Of a DNA stretch of 64,000 nt, positions 20,758-30,197 are shown piece after piece. Within the stretch, counting starts at the first letter, position 1, and every line of letters starts with the position of its first letter. A program made the translations under genes and the position numbers. The DNA comes from an uncultured Pseudomonadota bacterium (GTDB taxonomy: Bacteria > Myxococcota_A > Polyangia > Fen-1088). The notes under the pieces are model-generated. The model was given only the letters and a program-made list of their open reading frames with translations. It ran no database searches and had not been told where the DNA came from. The DNA is taken from positions 160,001 through 224,000 of the forward strand of contig CAWKBC010000027.1 in the NCBI GenBank assembly GCA_963847705.1. The letters run 5' to 3'.

Positions 20758-21390
20758 ATGCCGTACTTTCAAAGAGGCCGGCTCACCGACGGAGGACCGC
20801 CTGTCGAGGGCATCGCCGGCGCCGAGTTGCTGGCAAGCGACATCGTGGACAAGGCCGCCGCGATTCTCGATCAGGAGCAGCGCGTCCCGGCCGGCTCCGT
20901 GCCTGGAGGAATGAGCAACCCCCTCGCGCTCCTGGACGGTGCAACGGGGGCGGGAGATATTCAAAAGCAGTTGAGCCAGGCGCTGGCCGCGCTCCTCAAT
21001 GCCTTCCTGCAATCGGTTCCGATGGCACAACGGACGCCGACTGCGGTCCGACCCGCCCTGATTGGCGCAACGGTTCCGGTAATCGGGTCGGAGAGCCCGG
21101 CGAAGGCCGGAGAGACCGCCAGAGTCCAGGTGACGGTCGCCAAAGACGGGCCTGGGCCAAGCAGCCTCACTCTTTACAGTACGGACTTCGTGAGCGACAC
21201 GGGATTTCAGATTCCATCGGCGTGCGCGACGTTCTCTCCTCGATCGATCACCGTCGACGGACTGGACTCTCAGAAATCGGAAATGCGGATCGCGATTCCG
21301 GCGCAGTGCGCTCGGGGTGCGTACTCGGCGCTGGTTCAGGCCATGGGCGCCGGCCGACCGTGCGCCGTCGTTGTGTTGCAAGTTGAATAA
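20758..21390 (+). CDS. Hypothetical protein (helical N-terminus, Ig-like C-terminal domain); first gene of the encapsulin operon
   Basis: 210-aa ORF with a beta-rich C-terminus (IAIPAQCARGAYSALV...VVVLQVE). It ends 44 nt upstream of the encapsulin. Confidence 0.65.
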   Translation: MPYFQRGRLTDGGPPVEGIAGAELLASDIVDKAAAILDQEQRVPAGSVPGGMSNPLALLDGATGAGDIQKQLSQALAALLNAFLQSVPMAQRTPTAVRPALIGATVPVIGSESPAKAGETARVQVTVAKDGPGPSSLTLYSTDFVSDTGFQIPSACATFSPRSITVDGLDSQKSEMRIAIPAQCARGAYSALVQAMGAGRPCAVVVLQVE

Positions 21391-21434
21391 GGATCAGAAG
21401 GCGTGACGGTAATCACGGTCGACCAGGGGGACTC

Positions 21435-22892
21435 ATGAACGAGCAGACGAACTATCCGAATTGGACGGACGAACAGTGGAGGCGGGTCACCGAGCTCGTC
21501 GCGACAGAGGCCGACAAGGCGCGCGTGGGCGCCCGGTATCTTCCCCTCTACGGCCCGGTCGACCCGTCGGTGGTGGCGGTGCCCAACTATCTGCTGGGCA
21601 ACGTCCCCAACCCTCCGTTCGCGCGGCTGAGAGCTCCCAATCGACTCGACGTCGACAGTTCTCCCGAGACCTACCTCGCGACCATCACAATCCAGATTCC
21701 GCTCGCCAACCACGAGGTGGCCGAGCCCGAGCTTCAAGCGGCGTCCGTCGCTTTTCGCCGCGCCGCCGTCACGATCGCGCGCATCGAGGACGCTCTCCTC
21801 TTCAACGGTCAGGCTGCGCCGGGCCTGGCACCGCCGCCCACCTACCCCGGAGGTTGGCTGACCGGTCTGCCGCCCGTCTACTCGGTGAACGGCGGTGGCC
21901 AGCAAGCTGGCTTGGTACCGGCGGGCGCCATGCCGAACATCCCGCCTCCCGCCGGCAGCGTCGCGCCGCGGGTCGACGTGGAACTTCCCCTGCCGGCGGG
22001 CGCGCCGGCGCAGCCTTGGACCCCTGCGGAACGAGCGGCGTTCATGGGACCATGGAGCGAGATCATCGTCCGGCATGTCAGCGACACGATCGGCCTTTTG
22101 GAGGCGAACGGGCATTCGGGCCCATTTGCCTGTTTCCTATCGCCAAATCTCTTCGAAGCGGTTCATACACCGTCGGAGGCGATGGTCTTGCCGCGAGATC
22201 GGATCCTTCCATTCCTGGGCGGCGAATACTTGTGCCGGTCGAACACCATCCCCGACGGTTACGGAATCATCGTGGGGGGGGTACCCGCATACGAGACCGA
22301 CGCCTACGGTAAGAGGCACAAGCAGAACGGCGCGGGCAGCCCGGTGGAGATTGTCGTCGCCACAGATATCTCACTCCGCTACCTCCAGCAGACACCCGAG
22401 CCCAAGTTCCTCTTCAGAATCTGGGAGAAGATCGCCCTCAGAGTGAAGGAGTGGAATGCCGTAGCCGTTCTCCGTCCCGAGTCCAATCCAGCTGGAGCGC
22501 CGGTGATGCTGCCGTCAATTAAACCGCCGCCTCCGACGGTCCACGATCTGAAGGAGCAAGTTCGGAATGCAATAGCCGGCGCACGAAAGAAGAGCCAGGA
22601 CGCGCTCTTGGAAAAGATCACAGCGCAAAAGGCGACAATTTCGAAGCACGAGATCGTGAAGGTTGCCGTCGGGAAGCATTTCGACGATCGGATCGAAATC
22701 ATTAAGAAGGGGCAGCACCACTCTCCCGAGGAGCTAGAGAAGAGCACCGCTGCGCTCGCTGCTGAGCGAGGCGCGCTTGAGGCTGAGCAGGCGGCGACGC
22801 ACTCAAAGCTCGAGAGCGAGCTGAAGCAGCTCGAAGAAGAACAAAAGCAGCTCGCGTCCGACTTGAAAATGCCGGACGATCTGGCGGATTGA
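21435..22892 (+). CDS. Family 1 (Linocin M18-like, HK97-fold) encapsulin shell protein with a Pro-rich insert and a C-terminal coiled-coil extension
   Basis: WTDEQWRRV...ARVGARYLPLYGP, FRRAAVTIARIEDALLFNG, LEANGHSGPFACFLSP and EIVVATDISLRYL...FRIWEKIALRV..NAVAVL follow the Family 1 encapsulin pattern. SD AGGGGG upstream. Confidence 0.8.
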   Translation: MNEQTNYPNWTDEQWRRVTELVATEADKARVGARYLPLYGPVDPSVVAVPNYLLGNVPNPPFARLRAPNRLDVDSSPETYLATITIQIPLANHEVAEPELQAASVAFRRAAVTIARIEDALLFNGQAAPGLAPPPTYPGGWLTGLPPVYSVNGGGQQAGLVPAGAMPNIPPPAGSVAPRVDVELPLPAGAPAQPWTPAERAAFMGPWSEIIVRHVSDTIGLLEANGHSGPFACFLSPNLFEAVHTPSEAMVLPRDRILPFLGGEYLCRSNTIPDGYGIIVGGVPAYETDAYGKRHKQNGAGSPVEIVVATDISLRYLQQTPEPKFLFRIWEKIALRVKEWNAVAVLRPESNPAGAPVMLPSIKPPPPTVHDLKEQVRNAIAGARKKSQDALLEKITAQKATISKHEIVKVAVGKHFDDRIEIIKKGQHHSPEELEKSTAALAAERGALEAEQAATHSKLESELKQLEEEQKQLASDLKMPDDLAD

Positions 22893-22908
22893 GCGTCACG
22901 GCGTTCCT

Positions 22909-24870
22909 TTGCCGCCCAAGGTCATAGTTCTCGGCGGTGGCGTCGCCGGGATGAGCGCGGCTCACGAGCTCGTGAGCCGCGGCTTCCAGGTCGAGGTCTA
23001 CGAGCGACGGTCGATCGCGGGAGGGAAGGCCCGCAGCTTGCCGGTCGACGGGGCGCTCGATCGCGGGCCGCCGGTTCTCGACGGCGCGGGATCACCGGGC
23101 GGCGCGCGACCGAACTGGAAGCCGTGGCTCCCGGGGGAGCACGGGTTTCGCTTCTTCCCCCGGTTCTATCAGCACGTCGTCGACACGATGTCGGGGATTC
23201 CTTACGGCAAGGGCAGCGTGGCCGACAACCTCGTCGACACGACGCGGGTTCAGGTGGCGCGATTCGACCAACCTTCTTTCTTCTTGCCGGCGCGGTTTCC
23301 GCGAGGCCTGGGCGACCTGCAGACGATCGTGCACGCCATCCTCGGGCTGCTCTCCGGCAGCATTGGATTGACGCTAGAGGAGACGGCGCGTTTCGCGACC
23401 AAGCTCTGGCAGATCTTCACCTCCTGCGACGAGCGTCGGTCGACGGAGTACGAGAAGATCAGCTGGTGGAATTTCGTCGAAGCCGACGGCGGCTCCGAGC
23501 TGTACCAGCGCTTCTTTGGCCATGGGATCACCCGGTCCTTGGTGGCGGCGAAGGCGCGCCGCGCCAGCACGAAGACCATCGGCAATATCTTTTCGCAAAT
23601 CGTCTTCGATATTCTGCGGCCAGGCCCGAGCGCCGACCGCGTCCTCAACGGGCCCACCAACGACGTCTGGATCGATCCCTGGCTCGAACACCTGACGAAG
23701 TCTGGCGTCAAGTACCAGTTCGAGGCGGAGGTGAAGCGCATCAACTGTTCGGGGGGCGTCGTTCGCAGCGCCACCATCGCCTTCGGGGGCCAAGAGGTAC
23801 AGGTCGAAGGCGACTACTTCATCGGCGCGGTCCCGGTCGAGCGGATGGCCGACCTCGTCTCCGCCGACCTCCTGGACGCCGATCCGTCGCTGGCCAATCT
23901 CGCCGTTCTCAAGGGGGCGGTCGAGTGGATGAACGGGATTCAGTTCTTCCTCACCGAGGACGTGCCGATCGCGCACGGTCACACCATCTACCTCGACTCT
24001 CCCTGGGCCATCACCTCGGTGTCCCAGCCGCAGTTTTGGACCGACCGCGACCTCGCGGACTACGGCGACGGGAAGGTCAAAGGGATTGTCTCGGTGGACA
24101 TCTCGAACTGGAACGTCGCAGGCCTGAACGGCAAGAAGGCCCGTGACTGCAGCCGCCAGGAGGTTGCCACCGAAGTTTGGGCCCAGATGAAGCGCAGCCT
24201 GAATATCGGCGACGAGGTCCTGGCGGACGAGCAGCTCCACTCGTGGTTCCTCGACCCCGACGTCGAGGCCTCCGATGACCCATCGCGACCAAGGCTCGAG
24301 GTAAACACCGAGCCGCTGCTGGTGAATTACGTGGACACCTGGCGCCTTCGCCCGGAGGCCGTGACCCGCATTCCGAACTTCTTCCTTGCGGGGGACTACG
24401 TTCGGACCACGACGGATCTGGCCACGATGGAGGCGGCCAACGAGGCAGCGAGGCGCGCGGTCAACGGCCTCCTCAAGGTGTCGTGCTCCGCGAAAGAACC
24501 CTGCCTGCTCTGGGCTCTCCACGAGCCCGAGGCGCTCGCTCCCTGGCGCGCCTACGACCGGGTCCGATTCAGGCAGGGCTTGCCGTGGGACGATCGTCTG
24601 GCGGCCGTGGCGGATCTGGCCCTCTCGGTGGCCGAGGGAACGAGGAGCCTCCTCACTCAGGGCGGTGGACCCCTCGGAGGGCTACAGGCGGTCGAACGGA
24701 GCGGGCGCGAGGTGGCTGGCATCGCCCGCGCCGAGATCGCGGGCGCGAACAGCACCGCGCTGCCCGACCTGCCGGCACGTGGAACCAGCGCGGGCCTTCC
24801 CAGTTTGGAGGCCGTCGATCCCGCTGACGGAACTCCGGGACCGCTCGTCGCCGCGACCCCACCCCCATGA
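22909..24870 (+). CDS. FAD-dependent oxidoreductase, carotene/squalene desaturase (amine oxidase superfamily)-like
   Basis: GGGVAGMSAAHEL Rossmann motif, GGKARS, EHGFRFFP and NFFLAGDYVRT..DLATMEAANEAARRAVN. Low-complexity C-terminal tail; TTG start. Confidence 0.85.
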   Translation: MPPKVIVLGGGVAGMSAAHELVSRGFQVEVYERRSIAGGKARSLPVDGALDRGPPVLDGAGSPGGARPNWKPWLPGEHGFRFFPRFYQHVVDTMSGIPYGKGSVADNLVDTTRVQVARFDQPSFFLPARFPRGLGDLQTIVHAILGLLSGSIGLTLEETARFATKLWQIFTSCDERRSTEYEKISWWNFVEADGGSELYQRFFGHGITRSLVAAKARRASTKTIGNIFSQIVFDILRPGPSADRVLNGPTNDVWIDPWLEHLTKSGVKYQFEAEVKRINCSGGVVRSATIAFGGQEVQVEGDYFIGAVPVERMADLVSADLLDADPSLANLAVLKGAVEWMNGIQFFLTEDVPIAHGHTIYLDSPWAITSVSQPQFWTDRDLADYGDGKVKGIVSVDISNWNVAGLNGKKARDCSRQEVATEVWAQMKRSLNIGDEVLADEQLHSWFLDPDVEASDDPSRPRLEVNTEPLLVNYVDTWRLRPEAVTRIPNFFLAGDYVRTTTDLATMEAANEAARRAVNGLLKVSCSAKEPCLLWALHEPEALAPWRAYDRVRFRQGLPWDDRLAAVADLALSVAEGTRSLLTQGGGPLGGLQAVERSGREVAGIARAEIAGANSTALPDLPARGTSAGLPSLEAVDPADGTPGPLVAATPPP

Positions 24871-25919
24871 GCCAGCCGGACGACGCGGCGCCCGCCGAGA
24901 GCGAGTTCACCTCCAAGCTGGCCGAGTACAGGGAGCTGGTGTTGCCGATCCTCATGGCGGCTCTGCCCCAGCGTGAGCCGCGCCGTCATCTGTACGATCT
25001 CATCGGCGATTACTTCTCGCGCATCGGAAAGGGCTTGCGGCCCGCGCTCTGCATCGCGACCTGCCGCGCGTTCGGCGGCCGGGCCGAGGATGCCCTGAAG
25101 TCGGCAGCGGCTCTCGAGCTTCTTCACAACGCGTTCCTCGTTCACGACGACATTGAAGACGGCAGCGAGTCCCGTCGCGATCGACCCACCATGCACCTCG
25201 CACATGGTCTGGCGATCGCCGTCAACACCGGGGACGCCATGAACGCGCTGAGCCTGCGCCTGCTCAAGGACAACCTGCCCGTGCTGGGGGGAGCGAAGAC
25301 CTTCCGCGTCCTGCAGGAGTTCGACCACATGTTGATCGAAACCCTCGAGGGGCAGGCCATGGAGCTTGGGTGGGTGCGAGACAACGACTGTCGCGTCTCG
25401 GACCGAGACTATCTCCTCATGACGCTCAAGAAGACCTGCTGGTACAGCTTCATTCATCCGTGCCGCATCGGCGCGCTCATCGCGCGCGGCGACGACGTCG
25501 ATCTGGACGCCTTCAACCGCTTCGGGTTCTTCATGGGAGCGGCATTTCAGATCCAGGACGACGTTCTCAACCTGGTCGGTGAGGTTCGAAAATACGGAAA
25601 GGAGATCGGTGGCGACCTGTGGGAGGGCAAACGAACCCTGATCCTCGCGCACCTGTTCTCGCGTGCTGCCGCGCCGGAGCTCGAGCGCGTGCGCGCGGTG
25701 CTTGGAAAGCCTCGCGGACAGCGCTTGCAACGCGAGATTGACTGGCTCCTCTGTCGTCTCCGGGAGCACGGCAGCATCGAGTATGCACGCCAGGCCTCGC
25801 GCGACCTGATCCGCGGCGCGGCGCGCGAGTTCGATCGCGCCTACGCCGATGCGCCGGAGAGCGACGACAAAGCGTTCGTTCGTCGCTGCATCGAATACGT
25901 CGTGCAACGCGAATTGTAG
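24867..25919 (+). CDS. Polyprenyl diphosphate synthase (GGPP synthase-like)
   Basis: GKGLRP, FARM LVHDDIEDGSESRR, GQAMEL, KT, SARM FQIQDDVLN and GKEIGGDLWEGK. ATGA overlap with the oxidoreductase. Confidence 0.92.
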   Translation: MSQPDDAAPAESEFTSKLAEYRELVLPILMAALPQREPRRHLYDLIGDYFSRIGKGLRPALCIATCRAFGGRAEDALKSAAALELLHNAFLVHDDIEDGSESRRDRPTMHLAHGLAIAVNTGDAMNALSLRLLKDNLPVLGGAKTFRVLQEFDHMLIETLEGQAMELGWVRDNDCRVSDRDYLLMTLKKTCWYSFIHPCRIGALIARGDDVDLDAFNRFGFFMGAAFQIQDDVLNLVGEVRKYGKEIGGDLWEGKRTLILAHLFSRAAAPELERVRAVLGKPRGQRLQREIDWLLCRLREHGSIEYARQASRDLIRGAAREFDRAYADAPESDDKAFVRRCIEYVVQREL

Positions 25920-25989
25920 TCCGGAGGGCCAGAAGCCTGACGTTGCTGGGGTGCGGAGGCGCCTGCCAGGTCACGGTCCGATCGTCGCG

Positions 25990-27423
25990 CTAGGGATCGT
26001 CGAGCGGTGTCGTCTCTGGAGGCGCCACCCCTCCCGTGCTCAGCCGCTTGTCGAGCTCCCGAAACCGTTCCGCCAGCGCCACAATGAACAGACCGAACGA
26101 TGTATGCAACCCGAGATTCTCCTCCAGCAACTGCCGGGGGACGACCTTGACCAGGACTTCGTCCTCGGCCTCCACGCTGGCGGTGCGGATGCCGCCCGAG
26201 AGCACCGCGGTCTCTCCGAAGACCGACCCTGCGGTCAACCGGCGCAGCACGACCCGTTGCCCGTCGACGGTCTTGTAGGCGACGCAGGTGCCCCGGACGA
26301 TGATGTAGGCGCAGTCGCCGGGGTCGCCCTCGGTCACGATCCGGGTCCCCGCCGCGAAGATCTCCGCGCTCAGCGGGAATCCGCGCAGGGTCATCTCCAC
26401 GTCCTTCTTCAGCTCGGACACCGTCTGGTACCGGTCGTTCGGATCGCGGGCCATGGCGCGCTTGACGATCCGGCAGAGGCCGAGGGGGAGGGGGGCGGTG
26501 GGATCGCCCGGGGGGAAGGTGACCACGCAGGCGGTGGCCCGGTCGAGGCAGGTGGCGACGTCTTCGCCGTCGAAGGGGGGTACGCCGGTCAGGAGGTTGT
26601 AGAGGACCGCGCCCAGGCCGAACACGTCGGTCCGTTCGTCGAACCGATCGCGCGCGCCCATCGCCTGCTCGGGCGACATGAACGACGGCGTCCCGCACGG
26701 TCCGCCCCCCACGTCGAGGTTGGCGTCCCCGGCGACGACCATGCTCGGCAGCTGGTCGGGCATGCTCCGGGCCGCCCCGACGATCGCCAGGCCCCAGTCG
26801 ACCAGGTAGACCTGGCCGAACGATCCCGCCAGGATGTTGCCCGGCTTGATGTCGCAATGCAGGACGCCGCGGCTGTGCGCGAAGGCGACCGCGTCGCAGA
26901 CCTTCACAAAGGCCGCCATCATGTCGCTCAGCACCTCGGAGAAACCGGACTGCCGTCCGGCGCGCGCGCACCAGTCGGCCAGCGTGTCCCCCTCGATCCG
27001 CTTCATCGTGAAGTAGCGGTTCCCCAGGCGATCGACGCCGATCTCGTACACGGGGGCGATGTTCGGGTGATCCAGCTGCGCCGTGATCTGGGCCTCGCGG
27101 ATGAACCGCTGGACCTCGCGCGGCCGGGCCGCCAGATCGGGGGCCAGGACCTTCATGGCGGCCACGCGCAAGAGGCCCAGATCGCGCACGGCATGAACCG
27201 ACCCCATGCCCCCCGCGCTGATCGGGTTGAGGTACTGATACCGCTCCGGCACGCTCTCGCGCGGCGTCGGCTCGGTGCCGGGTACGGGCGACGGACCCCC
27301 CTTCGCCTGCCCGGGAACTCTCGTCACCTGGTCGCCGCTGATGGTCGCCTCCTCGCCGAACTCTTGTACAACGTCGACCATAGCTGATCGGCGGGCACAA
27401 ATGAACCGGGTCGGGGGGGGCAT
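25990..27423 (-). CDS. Ser/Thr protein kinase with a C-terminal cyclic-nucleotide-binding domain
   Basis: GGMGSV, AMK, HCDIKPGN, DWG and GTPSFMSPEQ; cNMP domain EGDPGDCAYII..G...FGETAVL...RTASV. The start may be 27381. Confidence 0.9.
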   Translation of the reverse strand: MPPPTRFICARRSAMVDVVQEFGEEATISGDQVTRVPGQAKGGPSPVPGTEPTPRESVPERYQYLNPISAGGMGSVHAVRDLGLLRVAAMKVLAPDLAARPREVQRFIREAQITAQLDHPNIAPVYEIGVDRLGNRYFTMKRIEGDTLADWCARAGRQSGFSEVLSDMMAAFVKVCDAVAFAHSRGVLHCDIKPGNILAGSFGQVYLVDWGLAIVGAARSMPDQLPSMVVAGDANLDVGGGPCGTPSFMSPEQAMGARDRFDERTDVFGLGAVLYNLLTGVPPFDGEDVATCLDRATACVVTFPPGDPTAPLPLGLCRIVKRAMARDPNDRYQTVSELKKDVEMTLRGFPLSAEIFAAGTRIVTEGDPGDCAYIIVRGTCVAYKTVDGQRVVLRRLTAGSVFGETAVLSGGIRTASVEAEDEVLVKVVPRQLLEENLGLHTSFGLFIVALAERFRELDKRLSTGGVAPPETTPLDDP

Positions 27424-27477
27424 TTTGCACGTTCGTCATTTACAGCCTCTTCGTGGCGGTGATAATTCGGGCTGGGG

Positions 27478-28824
27478 ATGGGGAGCCAAGGGCAGAAGAC
27501 GACGATTCCCGACACCGTGCTCGCCGGCCCGAGTGGTGCGGGGAGCACGATGGCGATCCGCTGGGTCTCCCCCTCGAACGACGGTCTGCTCACACCTCTC
27601 GAGCCGGGGACGACCACGCTGGGGAGAGATCCTGGGTGCACGGCGGCGCTTCCCAGCGCCTCGGTCTCACGCCGGCACGCGGAGATTCGCTGGGCGGTCG
27701 GCGGTGCGCCCCTGCTGCTCGACCTCAACAGCACCAACGGCGTCTTCGTCAACGGGCAGGCGATCAAGAACGCCACCCTGGGCGCGCGCGATGTGGTCCG
27801 CCTCGGCGATTGGGTCGGGATCGTCGTGTCGCTGGCGGGCAACGGCTCCGAGCCCTGGAGCTTTCGCCAGCTGACGCCTGGGTATTGGGGAGGTCCCATC
27901 CTGCAATCGGCGCTGGCGCCGGCCAAGCTGGTGGCCGTCTCGGATTTGCCGGTGATCATTCAGGGCGAGACCGGCTCGGGAAAGGAGGGGGCGGCCCGCG
28001 CGATCCACGCCTGGAGCGGACGGAGGGGGGCGTTCGTGGCGCTCAACTGCGCCGCGCTCCCCGAAGCGCTCGCCGAGGCGGAGCTGTTCGGCTACCGAAA
28101 AGGGGCCTTCACCGGCGCCGAGCGGGCCAGCGCCGGCTACCTGCGCGCGGCGGAGGGGGGAACGCTGTTCCTCGACGAGATCGCCGAGCTGTCGCTGCCG
28201 ATCCAGGCCAAGCTGCTGCGCGCCGTCGAGCAGCGCGAGCTCTGCCCGCTCGGCGAGTCGACGCCGGTCGCCATCGACGTGCGGCTCCTGGCCGCCACGC
28301 AGGGCCCGCTCGGGCAGGCGGTCGCCCAGAAACGATTCCGTGGGGATCTGCTCGCGCGGCTCAGCGGCCTCACCGTCGTGATTCCGCCGCTGCGGCACCG
28401 CTCCGAGGAGATCCCCTCGCTGTTCGCCAAGATCGTGGAGCAGTTCGGCGGGCGGGACGCCGCGCCCCGCTTCGATTCCACTTTCATCGAGCGCCTCTGC
28501 ACGCACACCTGGCCCTTCAACATCCGTGAGCTCACGCTGCTCGCGCGCAGGCTGCTCGCGCTTCATCCCCACGCGGCGGTGCTCGATCACACCGTGCTGA
28601 AGGATGGCCCAGGGGCCGAGCTCGGCCTCGCCGAATCCCGGCGGACGACGCAGGAGATGCCGGCGCCCGACTCCGGGACGTTCCTGGCGGCGCTGCGCGC
28701 TCACAACGGAAACGTGAAAGCGACCGCGGAGATCCTGGGGATCAGCCGCGGTCGCGCCTATCGAATGATGGAGAAGCTCGACGCGCTCGACCTCGCCTCC
28801 CTGCGCCGAGGCGAAGGTCTTTGA
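27478..28824 (+). CDS. FHA-domain sigma54-dependent enhancer-binding protein
   Basis: FHA (VSRRHA, STNG), GETGSGKE, GAFTGA, FLDEI, WPFNIREL and a C-terminal Fis-type HTH. Confidence 0.92.
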   Translation: MGSQGQKTTIPDTVLAGPSGAGSTMAIRWVSPSNDGLLTPLEPGTTTLGRDPGCTAALPSASVSRRHAEIRWAVGGAPLLLDLNSTNGVFVNGQAIKNATLGARDVVRLGDWVGIVVSLAGNGSEPWSFRQLTPGYWGGPILQSALAPAKLVAVSDLPVIIQGETGSGKEGAARAIHAWSGRRGAFVALNCAALPEALAEAELFGYRKGAFTGAERASAGYLRAAEGGTLFLDEIAELSLPIQAKLLRAVEQRELCPLGESTPVAIDVRLLAATQGPLGQAVAQKRFRGDLLARLSGLTVVIPPLRHRSEEIPSLFAKIVEQFGGRDAAPRFDSTFIERLCTHTWPFNIRELTLLARRLLALHPHAAVLDHTVLKDGPGAELGLAESRRTTQEMPAPDSGTFLAALRAHNGNVKATAEILGISRGRAYRMMEKLDALDLASLRRGEGL

Positions 28825-28911
28825 GAGCCCCGAGATCGCGTGAGGGCGCGACGGCTTCGCCGGCTCGACCTCGTCGAGGGGGGCGCGGGACCCTGTGAGG
28901 GTCTCCCGAGA

Positions 28912-30007
28912 CTAGATACAGGCGGGCAGCATGGCGGTGACGTTGTTGCGCATCACCGTTCCGCAGGAGGGCCCGAAGGTCCAGGTGGCCGTCCCGGGGT
29001 GAGGGCCGCCGGTTCGGTTGATGACGACCGAGCCACCCGTCGGCCGGCAGCAGCCGTTGCTGCGCGTGACCCCCTGCTCGTTGATCGTCGCCGACGCCGG
29101 CCCGTTCTTCTCCTGGACGGTGGTGGTGCCGTCGACGGAGTACGAGCTGTTGCCGGAGAAGGTCACGGTGTCCATTCCGGTGTAGGTCAGATCGGCGATC
29201 ATCGTGCCGGTCGCGCTGAAGGTCTGCATCTCGCCGGTGATGTTGAAGGTCGTGGTCGTCGGCGTCTGACCGAAGGTGTAGCTGGTCATCCCCGTGTCGG
29301 TCTGCGAGGGGATCACGATCTTCCCATCCGCGTCGGAGATCGAGAGGTTGGTGATCGTCGTGGTGTGACCGAGCGTGATGGTCGTCGTGGCGCTGCAGGT
29401 CTGCTCGGACGCGGAGCGGTTGGAGAGGACGTCGAAGGTGCCGTTCAGCGTGGCGCCCGAGACCACGCAGGCGTTGAAGACCAGGGTCACGCCGTTCCGC
29501 TCCTCGGTGCTGTTGCCGCCGGCGCAGGCCGGCGTGGTGGTCTTGGGTGTGATGGTCACCTGCCCCGGGCAGACACTCTCGCCGCGGGCGAGCGCCTCGA
29601 TCACCGAGGCGATCGTCGCGCGCACGGTCGTGGCGCCGCTGCCGCCCGCGCCGCCGGCGCCGCCCGCACCTGTCGCGCCGGCCGCGCCGTTCGCCCCGGC
29701 CGTGCCGTACAAGCCGGCCACGCCGCCCAGTCCGGTGCTCGCCAGGCCGGTCGCGTCGACGCCGACCGCGGCGTAATAAAAGGCGTAGTAGTTCCAGCTG
29801 TCCGCCCAGTAGTAACCGGCGTACGAGGTGTCGACCGGGTAGTACGTCGTATAGACGTAGGGGTCATCGTAGGCGTAGGCGACCGTGGCGGTCGTGCCGT
29901 CGGTGCAGCTGCCGGCGCCGACGACGAACAACGTCAAGGCACCCATGACGGCCTGCGTCCGCCGCCCGAGAGTTCCACCGAGAGTCTTGTCGACTGATCT
30001 GTTCATG
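28912..30007 (-). CDS. Thr-rich hypothetical lipoprotein
   Basis: Lipobox-like AGSC, a Tyr-rich segment, a Gly linker and a beta-rich Cys-bridged C-terminal domain. SD AAGGAG precedes the ATG at 30007. Confidence 0.65.
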
Positions 30008-30197
30008 GCCGTCGCTCCTTTTCGGCCAAGGTAGTGCGGCATTGCTCACGGCCAATCGTCGGCCCCGCGTTCGCGACCACTCTCAAGCGACGGCCTACGC
30101 CGGGCGGGACACCGTCGTCTTCGAGATGAGTTAAGATGAAATGGTGCTGCGCATGGTTTGTGAGCTCAACCGTCGGTGCACGGGCACTTTGAGAGCG

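Noticed and set aside
21435-22892. Prophage major capsid gene
   Set aside because: No terminase, portal, protease or tail genes nearby. The motifs and metabolic neighbours fit an encapsulin.
22909-25919. Standard carotenoid or hopanoid cluster
   Set aside because: No crtB/hpnCD synthase or cyclase in the window, so no crt/hpn symbols were assigned.
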